Below, piece by piece: positions 47,761 to 58,427 of a stretch of DNA of 64,000 nt (position 1 is its first letter; every line of letters begins with the position of its first letter). A model generated the notes under the pieces. The model was not told the origin of the DNA, searched no databases, and saw nothing but the letters and a program-made list of their open reading frames with translations. The position numbers and the translations under genes are program-made. Source of the DNA: Candidatus Eiseniibacteriota bacterium (GTDB lineage Bacteria > Eisenbacteria > RBG-16-71-46 > CAVPCR01); contig CAVPCR010000001.1 in assembly GCA_963702435.1 (NCBI GenBank), forward strand, positions 608,001 to 672,000. Reading direction: 5' to 3'.

Positions 47761-48144
47761 ATGAACCGTATTCTGGCCCTTCTCATCGTGCTCGGGCTCG
47801 GCTCGAGCCTTCTCCCGCCGGCCACCTGCAGTGGCCTCGGGCGGTCCTGTTGCTGCGCGGGGAGCGCGGGCGACGCGGCAGTCCCCGTGGAAGCGGGAAC
47901 CTCGCACGTCGATCGCGCCTGCGCGTGCGGCTGCCCCGAGCTCGCGAGCGCCACCGCGGAGGCGGCGCCCCGCGTGCCGGCGCCGGCCCGCGCGGAAACG
48001 CCGGCGCCGGTCACGATCGGCCTCGCCGCCGGCCCCCGCGCGCTCCCGTCCGGGCCCGACGCCGGAGGAGACCCGACGAGCGCCGCGCCGCATCTCGCCC
48101 TCGCCCAGCCCCCGCCCGCGTTCCACACTCCGCTCCGCATCTGA
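47761..48144 (+). CDS. Small Cys-rich exported protein leading the copper operon (DUF2946-like architecture)
   Basis: Hydrophobic N-terminus, CCC and CACGC clusters, C-terminal PPPAFHTPLRI; first ORF before tolC-cusB-cusA-copA. Confidence 0.6.
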   Translation: MNRILALLIVLGLGSSLLPPATCSGLGRSCCCAGSAGDAAVPVEAGTSHVDRACACGCPELASATAEAAPRVPAPARAETPAPVTIGLAAGPRALPSGPDAGGDPTSAAPHLALAQPPPAFHTPLRI

Positions 48145-48319
48145 TCCCTCCGCTCCGCGATCCGTTTCGTGCCGATCGCCGGTCACCGCGCAGGCTTGCC
48201 GCGGCGGCCGCCGGCGGTAGACTCGGCCTTCCCCCCGCGGCTCTCCGCTCTCCACCGATTATTGCGTTATGGCGCAGATACTTGAAGAGAGCCGGGGGCC
48301 GCCGCTCCTGGAGGATCCG

Positions 48320-49684
48320 ATGCGGAATCAGTGGACCATCCTGTCCGCCGGCGCGCTCGCCCTGGCGCTCGCGGACCCCGCCGGCGCCCAGCCGGCAACG
48401 CCGGCGGCCCCGGCGCCCGCGGACACGGCGACCGTCGTCGAGCTGGTCGCGATCGCGCTTCGCGACAACCCGGAGCTCGCCGCGGCGCGGGCCGGCGCCG
48501 AGGCGGCCGCCGCCCGCCCCGGCCAGGCCACGAGCCTCCCCGATCCGGTCTTCACCTATGGCTGGATGGGCGAGCACCTGGAGACTGTGCGCGGGCCGCA
48601 GTCCTCGATCTTCGGCGTGAGCCAGGAGATCCCCTTCTTCGGCAAGCGCGGACTGGCCGGAGAGGTGGCAACGCACGCCGCGCGCGCGACGAGCGAGGAG
48701 GTGCGCGCGATGGAGCTCGAGGTGGCCGCCCAGGTGCGGCAGAGCGCCGCCGAGCTCCTCTATCTCGACGCCGCACGCGCCGCCAGCGCGCTCGATCGCC
48801 GCCTGGTCGCGGAGATCCGGGACATCGCCCGCACCCGCTACGAGACGGGGCGCGGGCGCCTGGAGGACGTGGCCCGCGCGGAGGTCGAGCTCGCCACGAA
48901 CGAGCGGGAGGGCCTCGACCTCGCGCTCGCGCGCGATGTCGAGGCGGTCGAGATGAACCGTCTCCTCGGGCGGCCGCCCGACGCGCCGCTCCCGCCGCTC
49001 GGCGATCCGCTCGCCGCGAGCCCGGACTCGATCCCGTTCCTCGGGGCGCTGCCCCCGGGAGCGCCGGCCTTCGCTCGAGGCGCCGTCGATTCGCTGGTCG
49101 CGGCCCGGCCCGAGCTCGAAGCGGCCGCCGCGACGATCGCCGGGAGCGAGGCCGCACGGCGACTCGCCGGCCGTGCCTACTGGCCCGATCTCATGCTGGG
49201 CTTTCAGTACTATGTCGTCGATCGAGGCGACTCGACGAGCCCCGAGGCGGGCATGGACGCCTGGATGATCGAGTTCGGGGTCAGCCTCCCGATCTGGCTC
49301 GGCGCGCGGAACGCCGGCGTGCGCGAGGCCGAGGCCATGCGCGCCGAGGGCCTCGCCGCGCGCTCGGCGGCGGCGACCCGCATCCGATCCGAGATCGCGG
49401 CGGCGGCGGCGCGCGTGCGCCGCACCGCGGAGATCGCAGCGCTCTACCGGACGACCATCATCCCCCGCGTCGAGATCGCGCTTGCCTCGGCGCGCTCCGG
49501 GTACCAGACCGGCCAGGTCGAGTTCGGCGAGCTGCTCGACTCGGAGCGCGCGCTCGTCGGCGCGCACCTGGCCCTGGCGCGCGCGCGCGCCGACCTGACG
49601 GCGGGCGCGGCCGATCTCGCCCGCGCCACCGGGCGGCCGCTCCCGACAGCCCCCCTCGCGCCAGCCGAAGGAGACAGGTCATGA
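48320..49684 (+). CDS. TolC-family outer-membrane efflux protein (CusC-like)
   Basis: Signal peptide, 'ALRDNPELAA', 'SQEIPFFGK', 'YETG', 'RPELEAA', 'YQTGQV'; first gene of the RND operon. Confidence 0.88.
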   Translation: MRNQWTILSAGALALALADPAGAQPATPAAPAPADTATVVELVAIALRDNPELAAARAGAEAAAARPGQATSLPDPVFTYGWMGEHLETVRGPQSSIFGVSQEIPFFGKRGLAGEVATHAARATSEEVRAMELEVAAQVRQSAAELLYLDAARAASALDRRLVAEIRDIARTRYETGRGRLEDVARAEVELATNEREGLDLALARDVEAVEMNRLLGRPPDAPLPPLGDPLAASPDSIPFLGALPPGAPAFARGAVDSLVAARPELEAAAATIAGSEAARRLAGRAYWPDLMLGFQYYVVDRGDSTSPEAGMDAWMIEFGVSLPIWLGARNAGVREAEAMRAEGLAARSAAATRIRSEIAAAAARVRRTAEIAALYRTTIIPRVEIALASARSGYQTGQVEFGELLDSERALVGAHLALARARADLTAGAADLARATGRPLPTAPLAPAEGDRS

Positions 49685-50949
49685 GGCAGAGAACTCCGCG
49701 GGCGATCGCGATCGCCCTCGTGACCGGCGCCCTGCTCGCGATCGCGCTCCCGCACCTCGCCGGCTGCGGGCGGCGCGAGGAGACGGCGACCCAGGGCGCC
49801 GCGCGCTACCACTGCCCGATGCATCCCACCTACACGAGCGACCGGCCGGGCGACTGCCCGATCTGCAACATGCGGCTCGTGCCGATCCCGGCCGACACCG
49901 CGGCCGCGCCCGCCGCCGCGGAGCACAGCGCGCCCGCCACCGCCACGCCCGGCCGCGTCCCGGTCACGATCTCGCCCGCGATGGAGCAGCGGATCGGCGT
50001 CCGCCTGGCCCGCGCCGAGCGCGGCACGGCGGAGCGCACGATCCGCGCCGTGGGCACCGTCGAGTACGACGAGTCGGCGCTCCATCACATCCACACGCGC
50101 GTCGAAGGCTGGATCGGCCGCCTGTACGTCGCCAGCACGGGACAGGTGGTGCGCCGCGGCGAGCCGCTCTTCTCCCTCTACAGCCCCGAGCTCCTCGCCA
50201 CCCAGGAGGAATACCTGAGCGCCCTCGCCGCCGGCGGCGACTCGACGAACGCCCGGGCGGCGCGGCGGCGCCTCGAGCTCTGGCAGATGACCGATCGCGA
50301 CATCGCGGCGATCGCCACGGAGCGGCGCCCGCGCACCCACGTCGACATCGTGTCCCCCGCCGACGGCGTGGTCATCGCGAAGACGGCGATCGACGGCATG
50401 CGCGTCATGCCGGGCGACGATCTCTACGTGATCGCGGACCTCCGCCGGGTCTGGATCACCGCATCCATCTACGAGTACGAGCTGCCGTCCGTCCATGTCG
50501 GCCAGGAGGGGACGGTCACGCTCTCCTCCTCCCCGGGCGAGATGTTCCGCGGCCGCGTCAGCTACATCTACCCCTATCTCGAGGAAGGCACGCGCACGGC
50601 GCGCGTCCGCTTCGAGTTCGCGAATCCGGGCGGGAAGCTCAAGCCGGGCATGTTCGCGAACGTCGATCTCCGGGTTCCGGGCGGCGAGGCGCTGACCGTG
50701 CCCGCGGACGCCGTGCTCGATTCGGGCGACGAGCAGATCGTCCTCGTCGCCACCGGCCAAGGCCGCTACGAGCCGCGCCCGGTCGCGCTCGGCCCGCGGT
50801 TCGGGGCGCGCGTGACCGTCCTCTCCGGCCTCGCCGCCGGCGAGGAGGTCGTGGTCAGCGCCCAGTTCCTCATCGACTCGGAGAGCCAGCTCAAGGCGGC
50901 GCTCGCCGGGATGCGCGCGGGCGGGGAGCACGATCATGGCGGCCAGTGA
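49681..50949 (+). CDS. cusB: CusB-like periplasmic adaptor with heavy-metal-binding domain
   Basis: YHCPMHP...PGDCPICNMRL, LYSPEL, LKPGMFA and AQFLIDSES; ATGA overlap with the TolC gene. Confidence 0.88.
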   Translation: MRQRTPRAIAIALVTGALLAIALPHLAGCGRREETATQGAARYHCPMHPTYTSDRPGDCPICNMRLVPIPADTAAAPAAAEHSAPATATPGRVPVTISPAMEQRIGVRLARAERGTAERTIRAVGTVEYDESALHHIHTRVEGWIGRLYVASTGQVVRRGEPLFSLYSPELLATQEEYLSALAAGGDSTNARAARRRLELWQMTDRDIAAIATERRPRTHVDIVSPADGVVIAKTAIDGMRVMPGDDLYVIADLRRVWITASIYEYELPSVHVGQEGTVTLSSSPGEMFRGRVSYIYPYLEEGTRTARVRFEFANPGGKLKPGMFANVDLRVPGGEALTVPADAVLDSGDEQIVLVATGQGRYEPRPVALGPRFGARVTVLSGLAAGEEVVVSAQFLIDSESQLKAALAGMRAGGEHDHGGQ

Positions 50950-50973
50950 CGTCGGGATGAGGGGGGCCCGGAC

Positions 50974-53900
50974 ATGATCGAGCGCATCATCGACGCCTGC
51001 GCGCGGAACCGCTTTCTCGTCCTCCTCCTCGTCGCGTGCGGGCTGGTCCTCGGCGTCTGGGCGATGCGAAACCTGCCGCTCGACGCCATCCCCGACCTCT
51101 CCGACACCCAGGTCATCATCTACTCGCGCTGGGACCGGAGCCCCGACATCATCGAGGATCAGGTCACCTATCCGATCGTGACCGCGCTCCTCGGCGCGCC
51201 GCGGGTCAAGGACATCCGTGGCTTCTCCGATTTCGGCTACTCCTTCGTCTACGTCATCTTCGAGGACGGGACCGACATCTACTGGGCGCGCTCGCGCACG
51301 CTCGAGTACCTGTCGAAGATCACGCCGTCCCTGCCCGCGGGCGTGCGCACCGAGATCGGGCCGGATGCGTCCGGGGTCGGCTGGGTCTTCCAGTACGCGC
51401 TCGTCGACACGACCGGCCGGCATTCGCTCGCCGACCTCCGCTCCTACCAGGACTGGTACCTGCGCTACGCGCTGGTGAGCGTGCCGGGCGTGGCCGAGGT
51501 GGCGTCGATCGGCGGCTTCGTGCGCCAGTACCAGGTGGCGGTCGATCCGAACGCGCTCCTCGCCTACGACCTCTCGATCACGGAGGTCGTGGACGCGGTG
51601 CGCAAGGGCAACAACGACGTCGGCGGGCGGCTCGTCGAGTGGAGCGGCCGCGAGTACATGGTGCGCGGGCGCGGCTACGCGCGCTCGACCGACGCGATCG
51701 CCGACATCGTGGTCGGCGTGAACGAGAAGACGGGCACGCCGGTGCTGGTGCGGAACCTGGGGCAGGTGACCCTCGGCCCCGACATCCGGCGCGGGATCGG
51801 CGAGCTCGACGGGATCGGCGAGACGGCGGGCGCGATCGTGGTCATGCGCCACGGCGAGAACGCGCTCCAGGTGATCGCGCGCGTGAAGGAGAAGCTCGCC
51901 GACCTCGAGCCATCGCTGCCGCCGGGCGTGCGGGTCGTCACCACCTACGACCGCTCGGAGCTCATCGGGCAGTCGATCGACACCCTTCGCGAAACGCTCA
52001 CCGAGGAGATGATCGTCGTCAGCCTGTTCATCCTCCTCTTCCTCTGGCACATCCCGAGCGCGCTCATTCCGATCGTCACCCTGCCCGCCGCCGTCCTCCT
52101 GTCGTTCATCCCGATGAAGATGATGGGGCTGTCGGCGAACATCATGTCGCTCGCCGGGATCGCGGTGGCGGTGGGCGCCATGGTGGACGCGGCGATCGTG
52201 GTGGTCGAGCAGACGCACAAGAAGCTCGAGCGCTGGGAGGAGGGCGGCCGCCGCGGCGACTACCGCGAGGTGGTCTTGACCGCGATCAAGGAGGTGGGGC
52301 GGCCGTCGTTCTTCTCGCTGCTCGTCCTCGCCATCGCCTTCCTGCCGGTGTTCACCCTCGAGGCGCAGGAAGGGCGGCTCTTCAAGCCGCTCGCGTTCAC
52401 GAAGAACTTCGCGATCGCGATCGCCGCCGTCCTCGCCATCACGCTCGACCCGGCGCTCCGCCTCCTGTTCACGCGGGTCACCCCCTTCCGCTTCCGCCCG
52501 CGGCTCCTGGCCCGGGCGGCGAGCGCGGTCCTCATCGGCAAGATCCATCGCGAGGAGGACCACCCGGTGAGCCGCTTCCTCCACCGGCTCTACCTGCCGG
52601 CGGCCCACTTCGTGCTCCGCCGTCCGCGCCTCGTGATCGCGCTCGCCGTCGTCGCGTTCCTGACCACGATCCCGGTCTACCGGCGGCTCGGCTCCGAGTT
52701 CATGCCCCCGCTCGACGAGGGCACCATCCTCTACATGCCGACGACCCTCCCCGGCATCTCGGTCACCGAGGCCGCGCGCCTCCTCGCGACGCAGGACAAG
52801 ATCCTCCGCTCCTTCCCCGAGGTCGCGCGCGTGCACGGGAAGGCGGGGCGCGCCGACACGGCGACCGATCCCGCGCCGTTCTCGATGATGGAGACCGTGG
52901 TCACGCTCAGGCCCAAGAGCGAGTGGCGGGAGAAGCCGCGCTGGTATTCGGGCTGGGCCCCGGAGTGGCTCAAAAGGATCCTCCGCCATGGCTGGAGCGA
53001 TCGCCTGAGCTACGAGGAGCTCGTGTACGGCCCCGGCGGCATCGACGAGGCGATGCGCTTCCCCGGCGTCACCAACGCCTGGACCATGCCGATCAAGGCG
53101 CGCATCGACATGCTGACGACCGGCGTGCGCACGCCGGTGGGCATCAAGATCTACGGCGACGACCTCACGACGATCGAGCAGGTCGGCGCGCGCCTCGAGC
53201 AGATCCTCGGCCGGGTGCCCGGCACGCGCTCGATCTTCGCCGAGCGGACGACCGGCGGTTACTTCCTCGACTTCGATCTCAAGCGCGAGGAGCTCGCGCG
53301 CTACGGCCTCACGGTCGAGGACGCCGAGGCGACCCTGATGGCGGCGGTCGGCGGCGAGAACGTGACGACGACGATCGAGGGACGCGCCCGCTACCCGGTC
53401 AACGTGCGCTACCTCGCCGACTACCGGACCGACCTGGAGACGCTCCGGCGCGTGCTCGTCGCCACCCCGTCCGGCATCCAGGTGCCGATGGCGCAGATCG
53501 CCGACATCAAGATCCGCACCGGCCCGGCCATGATCCGGAACGAGAACGGGATGCTCGCCGGCTATGTCTATGTGGACGTCGCCGGCCGCGATCTCGGCGG
53601 CTACGTCGAGGCGGCCAAGCGGGCGGTGCGCGCCGAGCTCGACCTGCCGGCGGGGACCTCGCTCGGCTGGAGCGGGCAGTACGAGTACATGGAGCGCGTG
53701 CACGCCCGGCTCCGCCTCGTGGTGCCGCTCACGCTCTTCATCATCTTCGCGCTCATGTACATCAACACCCGCTCCGTCACGAAGACCCTGATCGTGCTCC
53801 TCGCCGTCCCCTTCTCGGCGATCGGCGCCTTCTGGATCCTCCATCTCCTCGACTACAACCTCTCGATCGGCGTCTGGGTGGGAATGATCGCGCTGCTCGG

Positions 53901-54255
53901 CTTGGATGCCGAGACCGGAGTCTTCATGCTCCTCTACCTGGACCTCGCCTACGAGGAGCGGAAGGCCGCCGGCCGCCTGCGCGGGATGGCGGACCTCAAG
54001 GCGGCGATCATCGAGGGGGCGGTGATGCGGGTGCGGCCCAAGTTCATGACCGTGGCCGTCGACTTCGTCGCCCTGATGCCGGTCATGTGGTCGACCGGCA
54101 CCGGGGCCGACGTCATGAAGCGGATCGCGGCGCCGATGGTGGGCGGGCTCGCCACCTCCTTCCTGATGGAGCTCCTCGTCTATCCGGCGATCTATCTCCT
54201 CTGGAAGTGGCACGCCGAGGTGAAGCACGCGGCGGGCAGGGAGGGCACGCTATGA
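50974..54255 (+). CDS. cusA: CusA/CzcA family heavy-metal RND permease (Cu/Ag)
   Basis: [38 protein letters not shown] and [14 protein letters not shown]. Confidence 0.93.
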   Translation: MIERIIDACARNRFLVLLLVACGLVLGVWAMRNLPLDAIPDLSDTQVIIYSRWDRSPDIIEDQVTYPIVTALLGAPRVKDIRGFSDFGYSFVYVIFEDGTDIYWARSRTLEYLSKITPSLPAGVRTEIGPDASGVGWVFQYALVDTTGRHSLADLRSYQDWYLRYALVSVPGVAEVASIGGFVRQYQVAVDPNALLAYDLSITEVVDAVRKGNNDVGGRLVEWSGREYMVRGRGYARSTDAIADIVVGVNEKTGTPVLVRNLGQVTLGPDIRRGIGELDGIGETAGAIVVMRHGENALQVIARVKEKLADLEPSLPPGVRVVTTYDRSELIGQSIDTLRETLTEEMIVVSLFILLFLWHIPSALIPIVTLPAAVLLSFIPMKMMGLSANIMSLAGIAVAVGAMVDAAIVVVEQTHKKLERWEEGGRRGDYREVVLTAIKEVGRPSFFSLLVLAIAFLPVFTLEAQEGRLFKPLAFTKNFAIAIAAVLAITLDPALRLLFTRVTPFRFRPRLLARAASAVLIGKIHREEDHPVSRFLHRLYLPAAHFVLRRPRLVIALAVVAFLTTIPVYRRLGSEFMPPLDEGTILYMPTTLPGISVTEAARLLATQDKILRSFPEVARVHGKAGRADTATDPAPFSMMETVVTLRPKSEWREKPRWYSGWAPEWLKRILRHGWSDRLSYEELVYGPGGIDEAMRFPGVTNAWTMPIKARIDMLTTGVRTPVGIKIYGDDLTTIEQVGARLEQILGRVPGTRSIFAERTTGGYFLDFDLKREELARYGLTVEDAEATLMAAVGGENVTTTIEGRARYPVNVRYLADYRTDLETLRRVLVATPSGIQVPMAQIADIKIRTGPAMIRNENGMLAGYVYVDVAGRDLGGYVEAAKRAVRAELDLPAGTSLGWSGQYEYMERVHARLRLVVPLTLFIIFALMYINTRSVTKTLIVLLAVPFSAIGAFWILHLLDYNLSIGVWVGMIALLGLDAETGVFMLLYLDLAYEERKAAGRLRGMADLKAAIIEGAVMRVRPKFMTVAVDFVALMPVMWSTGTGADVMKRIAAPMVGGLATSFLMELLVYPAIYLLWKWHAEVKHAAGREGTL

Positions 54256-54280
54256 TCGGCCCCGGGCAAGGGGAGTGACC

Positions 54281-56767
54281 ATGGACGAGAAGAAGGGAAT
54301 CCCGATCGCGGGAGCGCCGGGCGCGCCCGGTCCGTTCAGGCCGGCGGCGGGCGGCGGCTTCCGCATCCCGATCGCCGGTCAGGCGGCGGGAGCGGCGGGA
54401 GCGCCGGCGGCGTCGGCCGCGGCGGGGCCGGGCCAAGCCACCGCGCGCGATCCGGTGTGCGGCATGACCGTGGATCCCGCCAGGACGCACCACCACCACG
54501 AGCACGCGGGCGTGACCTACCACTTCTGCGCCGCGAGCTGCCGCACGAAGTTCATGGCCGATCCCGCGCGCTATCTCGAGCCGGGCCGGGCGCCGGAGCC
54601 GATGGCGCCGCCGCCGGTCGTCCCCGCGGGCGCCGAGGTCGTCTACATCTGCCCGATGGATCCCGAGGTCAGGAGCGATCACCCGGGTCCGTGTCCGATC
54701 TGCGGCATGGCGCTCGAGCCGAACATCGTGACCGCCGCCACCGGACCCAATCCGGAGCTCGTCGACATGAAGCGGCGGCTCCTCGTCGGGGCCGTTCTCG
54801 CTGCACCCATCCTCCTCCTCGCCATGTCCGAGATGCTCCCCGGCCGCGGACTCGCGGCACTCGTGCCGGCGCGCGCCGCGATCTGGATCCAGCTCCTCCT
54901 CGCCACCCCGGTCGTCCTCTGGTGCGGCGCGCCCTTCTTCGCTCGGGCCTGGACCTCGCTCCGCACGCGGCGCCTCAACATGTTCACGCTGATCGCGACC
55001 GGCACCGGGGTCGCCTACGCGTACAGCCTCGTGGCCACCCTCTTCCCGGGTCTCCTCCCCGCGTCAGCGCGCGGGCACGACGGCGCGGTGGCGGTCTACT
55101 TCGAGGCCGCCGCCGTGATCATCGTGCTCGTCCTCCTCGGGCAGGTGCTCGAGATCGGCGCGCGCGAGCGGACGCGCGGCGCGATCCGCGCGCTCCTCGA
55201 CCTCGCGCCGCCGACCGCCCGCCGCGTCCAGGCGGGCGCGGGCGGAAGCGGCGAGCGCGAGGAGGACGTGCCGCTCGCGGAGGTCCGTCCCGGCGATCGG
55301 CTCCGCGTGCGCCCGGGCGAGAAGGTCCCGGTCGACGGGGTGGTCCTCGCGGGGCAGAGCGCGATCGACGAGTCGATGCTCACCGGCGAGGCGATCCCGG
55401 TCCTCAAGATGCCAGGCGACCGCGTGATCGGGGCGACGGTGAACGGCGCGGGGAGCTTCATCCTGCGCGCCGAGCGGGTGGGCGCGGAGACGCTCCTCGC
55501 GCAGATCGTCCGCCTCGTTGCCGACGCGCAGCGGAGCCGCGCCCCGATCCAGCATCTCGCCGATCGCGTCTCCGCGGTCTTCGTGCCGGCGGTGATCGCC
55601 GTCGCAGTCCTGACCGCGCTCGTCTGGGGGTTCCTCGGCCCGGAGCCGCGCCTCGCCCACGCGATCGTGAACGCCGTGGCCGTCCTCATCATCGCCTGCC
55701 CCTGCGCGCTCGGGCTCGCCACCCCGATGTCGATCATGGTGGCCGCCGGCCGCGGCGCCCATGCCGGCGTCCTCGTCCGGAACGCCGAGGCGCTCGAGCT
55801 CCTCGAGCACGTGGACACCCTGGTCATCGACAAGACGGGCACGCTCACCGAGGGGCGCCCCCGGCTCACCGCCGCGCAGGCGCTCCCCCCGTTCACGGAG
55901 GACCAGGTCCTCGCCCTCGCCGCGGCCCTCGAGCGGGGGAGCGAGCATCCGCTCGCCTCTGCCCTCCTCGGCGCCTCCGAGGAGCGCGGGCTCGCGCTGC
56001 CGGCGAGCGCGGGCTTCCGCGCCGTGACCGGCCGGGGCATCGCCGGCACGGTGGACGGGCGGGCGGTCCTCCTCGGGAACTCCGCCTTGCTGCAAGAATC
56101 TGCGATCGATCACGGAAAACTGCTGGAGGCGGCGCAAGCTCTGCGGGCGGCCGGCGACACGGTCGTCTTCCTCGCCGTGGACGGGCGCGCCGCCGGGCTC
56201 CTCGCGGTGGCCGACCCGATCCGGGAGTCGACCCCGGAGGCGGTCCGCATCCTCACCGGCGACGGCGTCCGCCTGGTGATGGCGACCGGCGACTCGCGGG
56301 CCACCGCGGAGGCGGTGGCCGCCCGGCTCGGGATCGCCGCGGTCCACGCCGAGGTGACACCGGCCGCCAAGGCCGAGCTCGTGGCCGAGCTCGAGCGGAC
56401 TGGCCGGGTGGTGGCCATGGCCGGGGATGGGGTGAACGATGCCCCCGCGCTCGCCCGGGCCCGGGTCGGGATCGCCCTTGGCACGGGGACGGATGTCGCC
56501 CGCGAGTCCGCCGGGCTCACCCTCGTCAAGGGGGATCTCCGCGGGATCGCCCGGGCCCGCCGGCTATCCCGGGCCACCATGCGGAACATCCGGCAAAACC
56601 TTTTCCTGGCTTTCGTTTACAACACGGTTGGGGTGCCCATCGCGGCCGGTATCCTCTACCCGGCGTTCGGCCTCCTCCTCTCCCCCATGGTGGCGAGCGC
56701 GGCGATGAGCCTCTCCTCGGTGTCGGTCATCGCGAACGCGCTCCGTCTCCGGAAGGTCAGGCTCTAG
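54281..56767 (+). CDS. copA: Cu(+)-translocating P1B-type ATPase with YHS and heavy-metal-binding domains
   Basis: DPVCGM (YHS), [48 protein letters not shown] and MSLSS. Confidence 0.93.
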   Translation: MDEKKGIPIAGAPGAPGPFRPAAGGGFRIPIAGQAAGAAGAPAASAAAGPGQATARDPVCGMTVDPARTHHHHEHAGVTYHFCAASCRTKFMADPARYLEPGRAPEPMAPPPVVPAGAEVVYICPMDPEVRSDHPGPCPICGMALEPNIVTAATGPNPELVDMKRRLLVGAVLAAPILLLAMSEMLPGRGLAALVPARAAIWIQLLLATPVVLWCGAPFFARAWTSLRTRRLNMFTLIATGTGVAYAYSLVATLFPGLLPASARGHDGAVAVYFEAAAVIIVLVLLGQVLEIGARERTRGAIRALLDLAPPTARRVQAGAGGSGEREEDVPLAEVRPGDRLRVRPGEKVPVDGVVLAGQSAIDESMLTGEAIPVLKMPGDRVIGATVNGAGSFILRAERVGAETLLAQIVRLVADAQRSRAPIQHLADRVSAVFVPAVIAVAVLTALVWGFLGPEPRLAHAIVNAVAVLIIACPCALGLATPMSIMVAAGRGAHAGVLVRNAEALELLEHVDTLVIDKTGTLTEGRPRLTAAQALPPFTEDQVLALAAALERGSEHPLASALLGASEERGLALPASAGFRAVTGRGIAGTVDGRAVLLGNSALLQESAIDHGKLLEAAQALRAAGDTVVFLAVDGRAAGLLAVADPIRESTPEAVRILTGDGVRLVMATGDSRATAEAVAARLGIAAVHAEVTPAAKAELVAELERTGRVVAMAGDGVNDAPALARARVGIALGTGTDVARESAGLTLVKGDLRGIARARRLSRATMRNIRQNLFLAFVYNTVGVPIAAGILYPAFGLLLSPMVASAAMSLSSVSVIANALRLRKVRL

Positions 56768-56837
56768 GCCCGGCCCGGGGCAAGAGGGCCGGCGGGCGGC
56801 CCCCCGGGCGGAGCCCGCGCTGGGCGCAACATCTTGC

Positions 56838-56866
56838 TTGATAAACTGATAGGATGGTGGTAGAGT
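56838..56866 (+). promoter_or_regulatory. Sigma70-type promoter with extended -10
   Basis: TTGATA-N17-TAGAGT, with TGG before the -10. Confidence 0.6.
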
Positions 56867-56958
56867 AGTGCATGGTCGCCCGAGAACCAGGGGGCAGCGT
56901 CTGGGTCTATACCCGGGGGACCTCGACCATGCGAAAGCGCCAACGTAAGGAGGGCATC

Positions 56959-57567
56959 ATGAAGGCTTTGCTAGCGTATACCGTCGCTCTCGGGGTGCTG
57001 CTTGCAGCCCCGGCGATGGCTCAGTGGCAGGAGCAGGGCGACGCCGGCGACCTGCCCGGCACCGCTCAGGTCCCGGTCGGCGGCGGCCCGCTCGCCAGCA
57101 TCAGTGGCACGATCGGCGCGAGCGATGCGGACATGTACTGCATCCGGATCGACGCTCCGACCGCGTTCCGCGCCACTCTCTGCGGCGGGACGACGCTCGA
57201 CACGCAGCTCTTCCTGTTCCGCGAGAACGGGACCGGCGTGAGCCACAACGATGACGATCCCGGTGGCTGCGGGCTCCAGTCGACGGTCACGGGTGTGTTC
57301 GTGTCCTCTCCCGGCCAGTACCTGATCGCCGTCAGCACCTACAACCGCGATCCGGTCGGCGCGGGCGCCTGCCTCATCTGGGCGAACTCTCCGTTCGGCA
57401 CCGAGCGCGCGCCCGACGGCGCCTGCCCGGCGAGCCCGGTCACGGCCTGGACCGGCACGACCTCGTCGACCGGCGCCTACACGATCGCGCTGACCGGCAC
57501 TTCCTACTGCGGTGCCACGGCCGTCGAGCCGACGACCTGGGGCGCGATCAAGAACACGTACAAGTAG
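56959..57567 (+). CDS. Secreted PPC/DVUA0089-like domain protein with TWG C-terminal motif (paralog 1)
   Basis: Signal peptide; DAGDLPGTAQ, DMYCI, DTQLFLF..G.GV..NDD and GQYLIAVS; ends AVEPTTWGAIKNTYK. Confidence 0.85.
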   Translation: MKALLAYTVALGVLLAAPAMAQWQEQGDAGDLPGTAQVPVGGGPLASISGTIGASDADMYCIRIDAPTAFRATLCGGTTLDTQLFLFRENGTGVSHNDDDPGGCGLQSTVTGVFVSSPGQYLIAVSTYNRDPVGAGACLIWANSPFGTERAPDGACPASPVTAWTGTTSSTGAYTIALTGTSYCGATAVEPTTWGAIKNTYK

Positions 57568-57593
57568 GCTCTTTTCAACAATCGACGCGTCGC

Positions 57594-57630
57594 GACCCGG
57601 GGATCGCCCAGCGATCCCCGGGTCTTTCTC
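57594..57630 (+). terminator. Intrinsic terminator
   Basis: 14-bp stem GACCCGGGGATCGC/GCGATCCCCGGGTC followed by TTTCTC. Confidence 0.75.
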
Positions 57631-57650
57631 TACCCGCGGCCCCCCCCACG

Positions 57651-57680
57651 CAAGGAACAGGAAACAAGGAACAAGGAGGT
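57651..57680 (+). promoter_or_regulatory. Four tandem AGGA motifs ending in the RBS: candidate CsrA binding sites
   Basis: CAAGGAACAGGAAACAAGGAACAAGGAGGT, ending 4 nt before ATG 57685. Confidence 0.55.
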
Positions 57681-57684
57681 CATC

Positions 57685-58296
57685 ATGAAGGCTCTTCTGG
57701 CCTACGCTGTCGCGCTCGGAGTCGCGCTGGCGACTCCGGCCATGGCCCAGTGGCAGGAGCAGGGCGATGCGGGCGATCTGCCCGGCACCGCGCAGGTTCC
57801 GGTCGGCGGCGGCCCGCTCGCCTCGATCAGCGGCACGATCGGCGCGAACGATGCGGACATGTACTGCATCCGGATCGACTCCCCGACCGCGTTCCGCGCC
57901 ACGACCTGCGGCGGGACATCGCTCGACACGCAGCTCTTCCTCTTCCGCGAGAACGGAACCGGAGTCACGCACAACGACGACGACTCGAGCTGCGCTCCCG
58001 GGACCCCGTCGACGATCACCGGCACGTTCGTGGCGAGCCCCGGCCAGTACCTGATCGCCGTCAGCACCTACAACCGCGATCCGGTCGGTGCGGGTGGCTG
58101 CCTGATCTGGGCGAACTCGCCGTTCAACGTCGAGCGCGCACCGGACGGCGCCTGCCCGGCGAGCCCGGTCACGGCCTGGACCGGCTCGACCACGGTGACC
58201 GGCGCCTACACGATCGCGCTGAACGCCGTCTCCTACTGCGGCGCCACCGCCGTCGAGCCGGCGACCTGGGGCGCGATCAAGAACATCTACAAGTAG
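57685..58296 (+). CDS. Secreted PPC/DVUA0089-like domain protein with TWG C-terminal motif (paralog 2)
   Basis: Highly similar to paralog 1; ends AVEPATWGAIKNIYK. Confidence 0.85.
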   Translation: MKALLAYAVALGVALATPAMAQWQEQGDAGDLPGTAQVPVGGGPLASISGTIGANDADMYCIRIDSPTAFRATTCGGTSLDTQLFLFRENGTGVTHNDDDSSCAPGTPSTITGTFVASPGQYLIAVSTYNRDPVGAGGCLIWANSPFNVERAPDGACPASPVTAWTGSTTVTGAYTIALNAVSYCGATAVEPATWGAIKNIYK

Positions 58297-58324
58297 AATC
58301 GGTCCTCGGCGGACCACGTCGCAC

Positions 58325-58364
58325 GACCCGGGGATCGCCCGCCGATCCCCGGGTCCTTTCTCTT
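58325..58364 (+). terminator. Intrinsic terminator (duplicate of the 57594 hairpin)
   Basis: 13-bp stem GACCCGGGGATCG/CGATCCCCGGGTC followed by CTTTCTCTT. Confidence 0.75.
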
Positions 58365-58427
58365 GCCCGCCCGGGCCCCGCCATTGGCCGTTGACCTCCG
58401 AGCGTCCGCTCCCCCATCATCGCGCGC

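Noticed and set aside
47700..56800. Copper cluster as a mobile element
   Set aside because: No transposase, integrase or terminal repeats, and composition matches the flanks.
56821..56837. Sigma54 promoter upstream of TWG paralog 1
   Set aside because: The GG-to-GC spacing is 11, not 10, and a sigma70-type promoter fits better.
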